Below are positions 47,354-58,330 of a stretch of 64,000 nucleotides of DNA, piece after piece. The stretch lies in assembly GCA_963677495.2 (NCBI GenBank), contig CAXXOU010000004.1, forward strand, positions 256,001 to 320,000, read 5' to 3'. Both the position numbers and the translations under genes were made by a program. Positions within the stretch are counted from its first letter, which is position 1, and the number at the start of each line of letters is the position of its first letter. The DNA comes from Candidatus Cloacimonadales bacterium (GTDB lineage: Bacteria; Cloacimonadota; Cloacimonadia; Cloacimonadales; JAFGVF01). The notes below the pieces were generated by a model. That model was not told the origin of the DNA. It made no database searches and saw only the letters and a program-made list of their open reading frames with translations.

Positions 47354-48465
47354 TTAAGCTTCTCTATAGTCTCTATGAACGGCTCCCAACTAAATTCATT
47401 ACTTTGCTGTTGATTGTAGATATTCATTGAAAACTGTCTACATTTTTCCTCAGCATAGTATTTATTCACTGCTTGAGCAATTGCTTCGGGATTATCAGGT
47501 TTTATCAAAAAACCATTATAGTTCTCTGTAATGATTTCACTTAATCCACCAACATCGGTAGCAATCACCGGAGTACAGAATGAAAAGGCTAATTGAGTGA
47601 TACCACTTTGAGTTGCTGATCGATATGGAAGTATGCAGACATCAGCATTGGTAAAGAATTGCTCTACTTCCTCATTTGCAATAAATCTAGCGTTGAACTC
47701 AACATTTTCATGTAATGAATATTTATCTATAATGCTATTATAAACTTCTCTGTCTCCATAAACTTCGCCTGCAACTGTTAGTCTTAAATCAGGGTTATCT
47801 TTTAAAATCAAGGGCATAGCTTCAAGAAGAATATCTAAACCTTTATACTTCTTGATATAGCCAAAGAACAGTAATTTCTTAGTTATGCTTTCCTTTGGCT
47901 TGATAGGGTTCTCTTTGTAGAAATCATAGTTTGGATGTTTCAGCTTGTATATACTTCTATGAGGAAAAGCAGGGAATTTAGTTACTAAAGACTGATAAAC
48001 ACTCTCTGACATTGTTATAGCGTCAGTAGTTGAGTCTAGAACATACTCTGTGAGCTTATCTGCGAACATCCATTTCTCATGAAACTCAATATTATCGAAG
48101 ATACAGAGGGTACGAATTCCATGCTTTCTTAGCTTCTTTAAAATGTAACCAAAAGCGGGAGCAAAGAATGGAATCCAATACTTGAACACAACTATATCAG
48201 GTTTTGCTTCAAGAATGGCTTTTATGGTCCTGTGAAACGTTAGTGGATTGTAAGGTGTAAGTACGGGAACAATGTTTAAGTCAATCTTCTTAGAACTTTT
48301 ATCTATCTGTTCCTGTCCGGGGAATATTAATTTCGGATATTGTTTGATAAAAGAGAAGACAGTAACTTCATGACTACGCTCTTCCAACATCTCAGCAAGA
48401 ATAGCAATAAACTGAGCAATACCACCTCTAAATGGCCAAGCAGGACCTAGAAATGCTATCTTCAT
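47350..48465 (-). CDS. GT4 glycosyltransferase
   Basis: GPAWPFRGGIAQF, FFGYIKKYKGLD, PYRSATQSG, TDVGGL; ATG at 48465 overlaps the upstream stop. Confidence 0.9.
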   Translation of the reverse strand: MKIAFLGPAWPFRGGIAQFIAILAEMLEERSHEVTVFSFIKQYPKLIFPGQEQIDKSSKKIDLNIVPVLTPYNPLTFHRTIKAILEAKPDIVVFKYWIPFFAPAFGYILKKLRKHGIRTLCIFDNIEFHEKWMFADKLTEYVLDSTTDAITMSESVYQSLVTKFPAFPHRSIYKLKHPNYDFYKENPIKPKESITKKLLFFGYIKKYKGLDILLEAMPLILKDNPDLRLTVAGEVYGDREVYNSIIDKYSLHENVEFNARFIANEEVEQFFTNADVCILPYRSATQSGITQLAFSFCTPVIATDVGGLSEIITENYNGFLIKPDNPEAIAQAVNKYYAEEKCRQFSMNIYNQQQSNEFSWEPFIETIEKLK

Positions 48466-49523
48466 TTTAGAAGCTCTTCTATCTCGCTCATAATTGTTTG
48501 AGGTTTGATTGTACTCATACACTCTTCTGGACAGCTGTTTTTGTAGCAGCACTTACAGGGTTTATCCGGTTCAAGGATTGTTCCTAATCCATAAAGCTCA
48601 AACTCATACTTGTTAAATATATTGTTTAAGAGAACTATCTTCTTCTTCAATCCAATCGCTATATGCATAGCCATAGTGACAGAAGTTACACATAAATCTA
48701 TTTGATTGAAAAGATGGCAGAACTTATCAAGACTCATTGTTCCTAAATAAACAGCTGGAGTTTGAGAAGCTATTTTTCGATTGAGTTCATCTTCAACAGG
48801 CCCACCGAGTAATACAGGGACATATCCTTTACTATCGAGTAACTTGCATAATTCAACCCAGTTATCTTCTCCCCACAATCTTGTTAACCAACGGGTCCCA
48901 CAACCTGTATTGAGTCCGATAACCTTTTTCTCTTCAGGTAAGTCAAACTCATATTCATTACTTGTAAGATTGAAGATATACTCCTGCATCTCATACTTAA
49001 AACCACATAGCTCAACAATCTCTTGTGGATAGCTTTTTGTGTTAAACATACATTCGTCATCAAAGATGCCTGTTCTCCATTTATGCGTTGAGTCCTCATC
49101 AGCAGGGATACATTTTCCATACTCGTTTGGGAGATATCCCTTCTTTTGCTTAGCTTTAATCAATGTTGCCAAGCCTAGCGCTTCTTTATCTTTGTCCAGA
49201 TTAAAGAGGAGATCAAACTCAATTGATTGGAGCCAGAGAACACTCTGTAAATTCCATTCAAGAACAGTGTCAACATAATTGCGAGGTATATAGATTGGGT
49301 AAAGTGTTAACCAGACTATTTGAGCATTAGGATATCCCTTACGCAGTTTATGTAAAATCGGAGTTGTCCTGATAACATCACCTGCTGCACCAAGCTTTAT
49401 AATGAGTATCTTCTCCTCAAAAGCCTGATAATAATCGCAACTATCACATTTTACTCCATGCAATTTGTGAGGTTTACATGGAAGGTCACCTCTATACTCT
49501 CGACAATCTGTTCTTACATTCAT
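48462..49523 (-). CDS. GT9 (ADP-heptose heptosyltransferase-like) glycosyltransferase
   Basis: ILIIKLGAAGDVIRTTP, IGLNTG, MHIAIG; Cys-rich termini. Confidence 0.88.
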   Translation of the reverse strand: MNVRTDCREYRGDLPCKPHKLHGVKCDSCDYYQAFEEKILIIKLGAAGDVIRTTPILHKLRKGYPNAQIVWLTLYPIYIPRNYVDTVLEWNLQSVLWLQSIEFDLLFNLDKDKEALGLATLIKAKQKKGYLPNEYGKCIPADEDSTHKWRTGIFDDECMFNTKSYPQEIVELCGFKYEMQEYIFNLTSNEYEFDLPEEKKVIGLNTGCGTRWLTRLWGEDNWVELCKLLDSKGYVPVLLGGPVEDELNRKIASQTPAVYLGTMSLDKFCHLFNQIDLCVTSVTMAMHIAIGLKKKIVLLNNIFNKYEFELYGLGTILEPDKPCKCCYKNSCPEECMSTIKPQTIMSEIEELLK

Positions 49524-52474
49524 TAAAACTCCGGTCTATAATCAGTCAACTGCTCTAAAAGCCTTTTGTAATGCGAATTACAACTTAATATAGTTCTATC
49601 TCCTAAGAGAAAAAAACTTTCTCTGGCTCTGGAAATAGCAACGTTGAGTTTTCTGTCAACCTTTCCTTCTGAATCGAGTGATTGAACCCTTTCAAAATCG
49701 GCGATTGAGTTTATTGCAGGTGTGAAGATTATTATATCCCGCTCCGAACCCTGAAACCTTTCAACAGTATCTACAGTAATATCATCTATACACAGTTCAT
49801 GTAATGCTTCTTGTACTAAACTGATTTGAGCTCTAAAGGCAACTATTATCCCACAAGAGTAATCTTTATACTCTAAAGCTATACTTGCTGCGATACCTGC
49901 TTCTGATTCGCTTCTAAAAGGCGTACCTGATTTAGATACGTTTACAAAACACCCTCTTCCCGCATTGCTTTCTTTTCTTTGTCTAGCAGTTGCATATTCA
50001 AGAGAGTTGTCATAATAGCAATTCACAAGTTTCGCTATATCATCGTGCATTCTATAATGCTTAACAAGTTTCCCAACACAATGACTCCAGTCGTTTCTTA
50101 CAGCTTGTCGATTCAATCTTTTAAAGAGAGATTCTTTTAAATTGTAAATACCTTTCTGATTTAACTTATCGTTATCTATTAAGCCCTGTTCTTCCGAAAG
50201 AGTTGTAACTGCCGGTAATTGGTTTTCATCACCAATAAGAATGAACTTCTTAAAGTGTGGTAACACTCCAATAAGATGCTGTTCTAGTAGTTGCGAGGCT
50301 TCATCCACAATCAATGTACTTGGCTTGAATAAAGACATCACCATTAAACCATTTCCATGAAAAGAATGCACTGTTGAAACTATAACACGAACATTGCTAA
50401 TGTCTTTGGTCTCATCAAGCTTAATACTCCCACTCCTTAAGTGCAGGTATGGAATATCTCTATCTGCCAATTTAGCACAAATCTCACCTACAGCCTGATT
50501 AGTAAAAGCTGAAAGGTAGAGTACTTCATCAGTTTGTTCTAACACTACTTGCAGATAATTCATGATAAAGCCGGAAGTCTTTCCTGTACCGGGAGGACCT
50601 TGTAAAAGGTAATAGTCTCCATTTGATATAGCATTTCTGATAATATCTTGTAGATGAGTAGGGACATTCTCGAGGTCAGGATCTTGGAGCTCATACTGTG
50701 GTTCAAGTTGACCAAGAAGCAGTTCTCTTTTTCGAGCACTTGCACTTATAAAAGAAGTCACTCCTCTAAACATTCTATAATAATTACTATCAAATGCGTC
50801 TGGTTCAATAGTCCATTTAGTATTCTGAGTTAATAGACTCTCAGGATATGGATTCATGAGCTTAACTACAACTATACCTTCATTTGTTCCAATATAATTA
50901 GCTCTCAAATAGTGGTTCTTAAAACCATCACCTAAATCAGGATAAATCAAAACGCTATCTCTTTCCCTGAACCTATGATCACAACTATCCGTTTGAGTGA
51001 AGCTTACTTCGTTATCAGTAATAGATTCAAATAGTAATCCGGATATTATGTTAAACTCTGTGTGCTTCTCGCTATCACTTTGTCTCCACAAGCTATTAAA
51101 CCCATAACTGACTCTACTATTATAATAACCTGTCTTACTTCGCCACATCTCTTTGAAGCTGTAATTCAATACAGATTTTACGTATCGTTGCTCATACGCA
51201 TTTAGCTCTGAATACATAGCTTCAAGTTCTTTAACATCCCTTTTTATATAATCAGGGCACACTTGAAATCCACTCAACTCAATATCATCAAATGGATTAC
51301 TTGTACAATAATCTCTACACAGACCAACAATCTCATTCCTTAGATTGTTTAGTTCTCGAACTCTGTCTGCATTGATTTTATTCTCTCTCAAAGCATTATT
51401 CACTCCGGCTTTTGAATAGAGAATATAGCTCTTTCCATTTCTAGCTGTATCCATCGAACCTGTAAGCATAAGGTCATAACATGTCGTCTGAACTCTATGA
51501 GCAAACCATGAACCAAAATCAGGAGCTTTACCACCTTTCAACTCAATCAGATGCTCCTGTCCTCTATTGCTATCCTCTATCAACAAATCAAATCTTCCCT
51601 TTAAGCCGAATTTCGTTGATATGTATGTAGGTTCAATCAAAACATTGAATTTACTTAGTCTATCCGCAATGTTTACCAAAGTCGGGTAATTTTGATATTC
51701 TATCTCATGTCGCAATTTCTCTTCATGATTACTAAACAGCAATTGTTCTAAAACAAACTGCTTCCTACAATGAGAAAAGACAATATCAAAATCTCTTTCG
51801 CTCTCAGTCATAAGAAAATCAAGTATACTATTTATCAATGAGCCTTTATAGATGTGCTCGTTGGGGACAAAAGGTTTCAATGTATTAAGAGTAAATAAAG
51901 AAGACATCCCGACACTCTTGTTGACCGATGTAGCAATCAGAGTTACATCAACCAAGAAGTCAGGTTCCAAAACATAATAATCAAAGTCAACTAATACGCT
52001 CCCTTCAAAACAGGGTTTATGAATAACAAGATAATCACCTGTCCTTAAGATTGATTCATTCAGCTTAAAAGATACATTCGACTCAATATTGCTGGCACTT
52101 ATGAAATCTATCAACTGAACATTAGAACCATCTAATTTGACAACTATCTGTAATTCATCTCTATTATGCTTTAAACAAAACTCATCACCTTCAAGTAATG
52201 AATCCAATAAGTCTTGCAGATTCGAGAGAGTGGGTTCACTCAATACTCTATGATAAGCAACACTAACATTATACGCTTCTAGTTCATTTAGTAGTAAACA
52301 TTGTGCAGTTCTTCTATTTGCTATTAAGATATACTCATCATTCCCATGCATCGCAGCTAACTCATCGATAAGTGTATTAGCGATACTAAGCACTTTTCGA
52401 TTAACTGAGTCATCAACTATAGAATCCATCCTAGCCTGAAGCTTTTGCATCAGACCGATATATAGTTTTTTCAT
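49523..52474 (-). CDS. Dna2/Nam7-like protein: PD-(D/E)xK nuclease fused to a superfamily 1 helicase
   Basis: GLKGRFDL...IELK...QTTCY nuclease; QGPPGTGKT, AFTN, VDEASQ, GDENQL, YRM, TVERFQGSE, NVAISRA helicase motifs. Confidence 0.85.
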   Translation of the reverse strand: MKKLYIGLMQKLQARMDSIVDDSVNRKVLSIANTLIDELAAMHGNDEYILIANRRTAQCLLLNELEAYNVSVAYHRVLSEPTLSNLQDLLDSLLEGDEFCLKHNRDELQIVVKLDGSNVQLIDFISASNIESNVSFKLNESILRTGDYLVIHKPCFEGSVLVDFDYYVLEPDFLVDVTLIATSVNKSVGMSSLFTLNTLKPFVPNEHIYKGSLINSILDFLMTESERDFDIVFSHCRKQFVLEQLLFSNHEEKLRHEIEYQNYPTLVNIADRLSKFNVLIEPTYISTKFGLKGRFDLLIEDSNRGQEHLIELKGGKAPDFGSWFAHRVQTTCYDLMLTGSMDTARNGKSYILYSKAGVNNALRENKINADRVRELNNLRNEIVGLCRDYCTSNPFDDIELSGFQVCPDYIKRDVKELEAMYSELNAYEQRYVKSVLNYSFKEMWRSKTGYYNSRVSYGFNSLWRQSDSEKHTEFNIISGLLFESITDNEVSFTQTDSCDHRFRERDSVLIYPDLGDGFKNHYLRANYIGTNEGIVVVKLMNPYPESLLTQNTKWTIEPDAFDSNYYRMFRGVTSFISASARKRELLLGQLEPQYELQDPDLENVPTHLQDIIRNAISNGDYYLLQGPPGTGKTSGFIMNYLQVVLEQTDEVLYLSAFTNQAVGEICAKLADRDIPYLHLRSGSIKLDETKDISNVRVIVSTVHSFHGNGLMVMSLFKPSTLIVDEASQLLEQHLIGVLPHFKKFILIGDENQLPAVTTLSEEQGLIDNDKLNQKGIYNLKESLFKRLNRQAVRNDWSHCVGKLVKHYRMHDDIAKLVNCYYDNSLEYATARQRKESNAGRGCFVNVSKSGTPFRSESEAGIAASIALEYKDYSCGIIVAFRAQISLVQEALHELCIDDITVDTVERFQGSERDIIIFTPAINSIADFERVQSLDSEGKVDRKLNVAISRARESFFLLGDRTILSCNSHYKRLLEQLTDYRPEF

Positions 52475-52547
52475 TTCATTCCTTAAAATATAGTCGTATC
52501 AGTTTTTACAATTTAAGTTAACAGACAAGTAATTTATATAAAAGGTG

Positions 52548-52870
52548 CAGAATTTCTTCATCGCCATCACAATCGGAATAGATCAGCACCCCATACTCAC
52601 AAGAAGACTTGTTCGCTTCATTGCAAGTATAAGTAAACGGGCAGGATACGCCAGCCACAGCTCGAAGAGCTGTATGCTCCACGTCAAAACATGATTACAA
52701 TTACTGAAGAACTTTAGTAATTCATACCGATAAACGCCAGTAGAATTGCTTAGCTTCACTAAGCGGACAAGCTGGCAGCATGTCCTACGATTCGACGTGC
52801 AACGCCGATGAATTTCTCTGCTACAGTTCCAATTAGACACCCGTTAGCTCCCCGTTAGAAACACGTTATG
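52548..52870. repeat. GC-enriched cluster of hairpins plus an 11-bp-phased CGTTAG array
   Basis: Hairpins CAGCTC/GAGCTG, ATTACTGAAG/CTTTAGTAAT, GCTTAG/CTAAGC and GGACA/TGTCC; CGTTA(G/T) at 52842, 52853, 52864. Confidence 0.55.
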
Positions 52871-53435
52871 GGGGATGGGAATAGGATTGGCTTCAGATGG
52901 TGAAAAGATACAAGAGCAATAACTATTATGAGAGAGCAATCAATCACTCAGTCAACTCCTGTCCACTAAGTCCATTGAAAAGATAAAGCTGAACAGTTAT
53001 ACCCAAAATGAAGATAGTGATAACAGCATCATTATCCTCTTATTGCTCTATCATAATAAAGCAGAGAAAACTGCCCGGTTCCTGGGAGTCTCTTGGGGCT
53101 CTCTGGGTGTGGGAGACAAGTGAGTTATCAGAAATGGGGCAGGAGTGGAGTCTGTTGCATCATTTATTATGATAGGGCAATGAAATGCTGAAGTGCTTGT
53201 TTTATTAGATCGTATCCCTTCAAGGAGTTCTTCAGCACGCAGTTTACGAAGTAAGCAAGGACTTCTTAATGAATCAGACAAGGTAACTGTATTATGTTTG
53301 CTACCCAGAGCAGTCACCGGCACGACCAAAGGGAGTTTGAGGAACCGACTGAAAGGAACTCGTGAGACATCTGTAGAACAATATTTAGCGTACTTCGAAG
53401 TATGTCTTGATGCAATTCTTATCTAAGGATAGCGT

Positions 53436-53466
53436 AAAAAAAGAGGTCACAGAAAGATGACCTCTT
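53436..53466 (-). terminator. Intrinsic terminator for the lipoprotein pair
   Basis: AAGAGGTCA/TGACCTCTT stem with an A-run on the left. Confidence 0.75.
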
Positions 53467-53490
53467 AAATCCTATATTACTACTTTGGGA

Positions 53491-54501
53491 TTAGTCATCC
53501 TTCATAGCTCTGCTTACTATACCTAAAATACGTGTTCCATCTGCGGAGAAAGATGCATTCGATACCTTTCCTTTTATGGTCACGTCTGAGAAATCAGCAA
53601 TATTGATAAGATAGTTTTCATTATCATTAGCACTTTGTACAAGCAATTTTGTCTGATCGTAGTTTAAAGTTATTGAACCATAAAGACCGGAGAACGGTTG
53701 CATCTCAAATTCTCTATTTGTTATATCATAAACAGTTAAGTGATACTGGGAACCATAGTTTTCGATTGCATACACTTTCATTAATTCCCAGTTAACTGTC
53801 ATGTCTATAATCTGTTTAGAACTTACATATCCTCTTGTGCCGGTTTCTACATAAACGTAATAGAAGTTAGAGGATATACTGTAGAAGTACTTATTGTCTA
53901 TGGCACAAGCATTAATATCTTGGTTTGTATAGTCAATGTCGTCATTTGCATAAATATACTCAGTCTCTTGTGCTTCAATATCATATCGCATTAGTTCATA
54001 AGTATTATAGATACCTTCAATGATACGTCTCCAATAGAATATGTAGTTACTATCAGCTGAGAAACAAGCATTGTTTTTAGTGAAATCTGTATCATCGATT
54101 GTAATCATCCCTGAACCATCAGAGTTAAACAGATATAGTGTTGAGAGCTCTTGAACAACAAAATGAAGTCTATTAGGACTTGTAGCAACCACATTGTACA
54201 TATCAGGCACAAGTGTTCTATAGTATTCACCCTGGAGGTTCAATGCTTTAATTTCAGAGCCACCACTATTTAGAATGTAATCTTCTCCTGTGGTAGGATC
54301 AATCATAAAGGTATACTCACCATCCGGTTCTTCAATATAAGTTTCTACAGGGCCATTTATAGAGCGGATAGCAACAAAATCTTTATGATTATAAAATGTA
54401 TCATCATCATCGAAAAGGCTGGCACAACCTGAAAGGAGCATGATCATTATAATACTTACAAGTAATCTAAATGTAAAATTCTTTCTAATTATGATACTCA
54501 T
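53491..54501 (-). CDS. Lipoprotein, probable TolB-like beta-propeller
   Basis: Lipobox LLSGC; repeated FSAD/SPN blade-like motifs. Confidence 0.65.
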   Translation of the reverse strand: MSIIIRKNFTFRLLVSIIMIMLLSGCASLFDDDDTFYNHKDFVAIRSINGPVETYIEEPDGEYTFMIDPTTGEDYILNSGGSEIKALNLQGEYYRTLVPDMYNVVATSPNRLHFVVQELSTLYLFNSDGSGMITIDDTDFTKNNACFSADSNYIFYWRRIIEGIYNTYELMRYDIEAQETEYIYANDDIDYTNQDINACAIDNKYFYSISSNFYYVYVETGTRGYVSSKQIIDMTVNWELMKVYAIENYGSQYHLTVYDITNREFEMQPFSGLYGSITLNYDQTKLLVQSANDNENYLINIADFSDVTIKGKVSNASFSADGTRILGIVSRAMKDD

Positions 54502-55507
54502 ACACAACTCCTAAAATATTTTCACCATTTTCTGTAATGGCAGGTTGGGATAAAAAATCTCTTGTAAGTACAACATCCTCAAAATGCATTAAATCTATAA
54601 GATAGTTATCAATAATTATGTTGTTCCCTTCATTATAAAACTTTGGGAATGATACTCCATCAACCATCTCTTCAATCTCTCTACGATGAAGCTCTTCCCC
54701 AAGAAAAACACCTTCACTAGTTATTAATCTTGCAACAACAAGCTCTTTGCCCGGAGTATAATATGCCAATCGACTAGTTCCAGCATGGTAATCGTAGAAA
54801 GAGATTGTTTCAGTAGTTAAAATTTCGAACTCACCTGATTCTAAATCCAATGCTGCAAGCTTACCAAAGACTGTATTTCTTCCATAATCGTAAAGTTTAC
54901 CTAAAACTAAATTTTCACTAACAGCCTTGCAATGAGTGAATACAAATCGACTATTTTCATAAACAACTCTTTCTTCTTCTGTTTCTATATTACGCGCAAT
55001 TAGCTTTCGTAAGGCTCCTTCACGCTTCTGATAGATAACTTCAGTACCATCAAAATTATAGAATGGCCATAAAATCTTATCATCATTGGAATAATAATCA
55101 GATATCAAAGTACTTGCTCCATCATCTAGTTCTATTGAATAGATTCTGGAATTATCAATGTAGCATATTTTCTCATGATCATCAGACACAGAGAACTCAT
55201 CCGGTTTTGTCCATGGTGCCCTTGTGCCTAAGATGTAGTCCAGTTCATATCCTGACAAAGAGTATTTTCGAAGTCTTGACCCGTCATTCACTAATATACG
55301 GGAAATGTCATCATACCCGTTATCTTTATAGTAAAAGAAGTAACCGGGGCTTTTAATATCAGTAAGCTTTCTATCAACTTCCTGGTCTGAATTCATAATC
55401 AATGCAGAGTAGTTATAATATTGCTCATCATAAGCATCATCATTCCCACAACCTGAAAGGATAAGTAGTAATAGTAATGCCAACAACACTTTCGTAATAG
55501 TCTTCAT
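54485..55507 (-). CDS. Lipoprotein, probable TolB-like beta-propeller (possible paralog of the neighbour)
   Basis: Lipobox LSGC after MKTITK; similar size, acidic N-terminus and ILG(V/I)V C-terminus. Confidence 0.65.
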   Translation of the reverse strand: MKTITKVLLALLLLLILSGCGNDDAYDEQYYNYSALIMNSDQEVDRKLTDIKSPGYFFYYKDNGYDDISRILVNDGSRLRKYSLSGYELDYILGTRAPWTKPDEFSVSDDHEKICYIDNSRIYSIELDDGASTLISDYYSNDDKILWPFYNFDGTEVIYQKREGALRKLIARNIETEEERVVYENSRFVFTHCKAVSENLVLGKLYDYGRNTVFGKLAALDLESGEFEILTTETISFYDYHAGTSRLAYYTPGKELVVARLITSEGVFLGEELHRREIEEMVDGVSFPKFYNEGNNIIIDNYLIDLMHFEDVVLTRDFLSQPAITENGENILGVVYEYHN

Positions 55508-56078
55508 GTCCCTTACTCCCAAGTTTTTAGTTTAAGTATCTTCCTCAATGCTCTTCAAAAGAATATAAGGTAACTATTAATTGATATATTTATAATACAA
55601 AAACTTTTACTGTCAAGAAAGAAATTATCTTCATCATTAGATTCAGAACCCATTTTTTAAAGGGCCAGATTGTATCAAGTGATATGTAGCATAGATCAAA
55701 CAGGTATATATAACTTTGAAAAGTTAGATTCAAACATATCAACATACCTAATTGCAGTGTACAAAACAGAACAAATCTTTCCACCTGTAAGATATGTTTC
55801 TTCATTTGCAAACTATATTCACTTCATGTAATAATTATTATATTTAATCTCATATCGATAAACTCACCAGTGGGGTATTTTAAAAAAAGTGAAATCCCTT
55901 TTGCAAAAAAGAAGCCAATTTTGATGAAACGTGTGTTTAACTAAATAATTTTTGTTTGCTAACCCCTCTAAATAGAAGTATCTAACTTCCACTGATGTCG
56001 TTAACAAAATCTTTATGTTGATAAAAAAACTGAATTTGAAAAGTTGGCGTCCTAAGATTATTACAATAAGGAGAAAGC

Positions 56079-58151
56079 ATGAGTGATTTAAAGCATATCA
56101 GGAATATTGGTATTAGTGCCCATATCGATTCCGGTAAAACTACTCTGACAGAAAGAATCCTGTTCTATACAGGAAGAATACATAAAATCCACGAAGTTCG
56201 CGGTAAAGACGGAGTGGGAGCAACAATGGACTCAATGGAGCTGGAGAAAGAGAGAGGTATCACAATCTCATCTGCAGCTACAAACGTTACCTGGAAAAAC
56301 CACGAAATCAATATTATTGATACACCCGGGCATGTTGACTTCACAATTGAAGTTGAGAATGCTCTACGTGTGCTTGATGGTGCTGTATTAGTACTTTGCT
56401 CAGTTGGTGGTGTTCAATCACAAACAATCACTGTTGAGAGACAGATGAACAGATATAAAGTACCACATTTATGCTTTATCAATAAAATGGACCGTACAGG
56501 TGCTGATCCATATAAAGTGATGAATCAGTTACATGAGAAGCTTGGTAAGAACGCTGTGTTTACTCTTCTTCCTATTGGTGAAGGTGAGAAGTTTGAAGGT
56601 GTTATTGACCTTGTTGCAATGAAAGCTATCTATTACAAAGGCGTAAAAAATGAAGAGATTATCGTAAAAGATATTCCTGCAGAACTGATGGACGAAGCCC
56701 TTAAATATCAGGAAATCCTTATGGAAACTGCTTCTATGTTCTGTGATACATTGATGGAATCATATCTTGAGGGTAATGTTGACGTTGATGTACTTAAAGA
56801 TGCTATCAGAAAAGCAACTATCGCCAGACAGATGGTACCTGTACTTGTAGGCTCAGCTTTCAAAAATATCGGTTCAAGAGCTCTTCTTGACGCTGTTCTT
56901 GACTATCTCCCATCTCCTAGTGATGTTACTAATATCGCTTATGATGTTGATCACCATGATAGAGAGATTGAGATTGAGAGTAAAAGAGATGGTGACGTTG
57001 TTGCAATGGCTTTCAAACTTGAGAACCAACAGTATGGTCAGTTGACTTATCTTCGTGTTTACCAAGGTACTATTAAGAAAGGTATGGATCTAACAAACCT
57101 TGCAACTAAGAAACGCGTTAAAGTTGGAAGACTTGTGAAAATGCATGCAAGTAATATGGAAGAAGTTGAATCAGCAGCTGCAGGTGATATTGCCGGATTC
57201 TTCGGTATTGATTGTGCACTCGGTGATACCTTCATTACCGGTGATGCTCATTTCTCAATGAAGCATTTATATGTACCTGAACCAATTATCTCATTAGCTG
57301 TAGTGCCAAAAGATAAGAAAGCTCAGGACAACATGGCTAAAGCTTTAAATAGATTCAGTAAAGAAGACCCTACATTCAAATCATATTATAACGATGAGTC
57401 AAACGAGACTATCATCTCAGGTATGGGTGAGCTTCATCTTGATGTTTATATCGAAAGAATGAAGAGAGAATACAAATGTGACCTTGAAATAGGTAGACCA
57501 CAGGTTGCTTATAGAGAATCAATCGGCAAAGAGATTAAGTTCGACTACACTCATAAGAAGCAATCAGGTGGACGTGGCCAATTTGCAAGAGTTGCAGGAT
57601 TCTTTAGACCACTTGATGAGGAAGATAGCAGATTTGAAGATAGCATTGTTGGTGGTACAATCCCTGCAACATATATTCCATCATGTGAAAAAGGCTTTAT
57701 GTCAGCACTTGGTAAAGGTGGTTTAGCAGGATTCCCAATCGTACAGGTTGAGATGGAATTAACTGATGGTGCATTCCATGCGGTAGACTCTTCACAAATG
57801 ACATTCGAAATCGCTTCAAGAGCTGCTTTCAGAGAGTATTACCATAAAGCAAAACCTTACCTTATGGAACCTATCATGAAAGTTGAAGTTGAGACTCCAA
57901 ATGAGTTCCGTGGTAATGTAATGGGAAGCATTAATCAGAGACGTGGAATCGTAATCGATACTGATATTGATGAGCAATTCACAAGAATCACTGCTGATGT
58001 ACCTCTTGCTGAAATCTTTGGTTATATTACACAACTTCGTTCTTTAACACAAGGTAAAGCTGAGCTTGCTGTTCAGTTCCATTCTTACAAGAAGATGCCT
58101 AAATCAATAGAAGAAGAAGTCCTTGATGAGATAAGAAGAAATAAAAAGTAA
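56079..58151 (+). CDS. fusA: Elongation factor G (stand-alone, EF-G1/mtEFG1-like)
   Basis: [49 protein letters not shown]. Confidence 0.95.
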   Translation: MSDLKHIRNIGISAHIDSGKTTLTERILFYTGRIHKIHEVRGKDGVGATMDSMELEKERGITISSAATNVTWKNHEINIIDTPGHVDFTIEVENALRVLDGAVLVLCSVGGVQSQTITVERQMNRYKVPHLCFINKMDRTGADPYKVMNQLHEKLGKNAVFTLLPIGEGEKFEGVIDLVAMKAIYYKGVKNEEIIVKDIPAELMDEALKYQEILMETASMFCDTLMESYLEGNVDVDVLKDAIRKATIARQMVPVLVGSAFKNIGSRALLDAVLDYLPSPSDVTNIAYDVDHHDREIEIESKRDGDVVAMAFKLENQQYGQLTYLRVYQGTIKKGMDLTNLATKKRVKVGRLVKMHASNMEEVESAAAGDIAGFFGIDCALGDTFITGDAHFSMKHLYVPEPIISLAVVPKDKKAQDNMAKALNRFSKEDPTFKSYYNDESNETIISGMGELHLDVYIERMKREYKCDLEIGRPQVAYRESIGKEIKFDYTHKKQSGGRGQFARVAGFFRPLDEEDSRFEDSIVGGTIPATYIPSCEKGFMSALGKGGLAGFPIVQVEMELTDGAFHAVDSSQMTFEIASRAAFREYYHKAKPYLMEPIMKVEVETPNEFRGNVMGSINQRRGIVIDTDIDEQFTRITADVPLAEIFGYITQLRSLTQGKAELAVQFHSYKKMPKSIEEEVLDEIRRNKK

Positions 58152-58196
58152 TCGTACATACAAAAAAATAGATGTTCATTGGAAAAGGATGGACAT

Positions 58197-58227
58197 AAAG
58201 AGCTGTGAGTTTTTACAGCTCTTTTTT
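58197..58227 (+). terminator. Intrinsic terminator
   Basis: AAAGAGCTGT/ACAGCTCTTT stem plus T-run. Confidence 0.85.
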
Positions 58228-58330
58228 ATACTCTCAAGTTTAGGTAATTAGTTTGCTTGACAAAAATATAAACAACTTGCAAAATTTATATTATTAATAA
58301 TACAACTCTCTCTTAGACTAAGGAAAGATT

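Noticed and set aside
49523..52474. Cas4-like accessory gene of the CRISPR locus
   Set aside because: Separated from cas9 by three glycosyltransferases, outside the direct repeats, and fused to a Dna2-type helicase.
52583..53426. Three short ORFs in the 1-kb intergenic gap
   Set aside because: They overlap palindromes and repeats, two overlap each other on opposite strands, and none has a recognisable domain.
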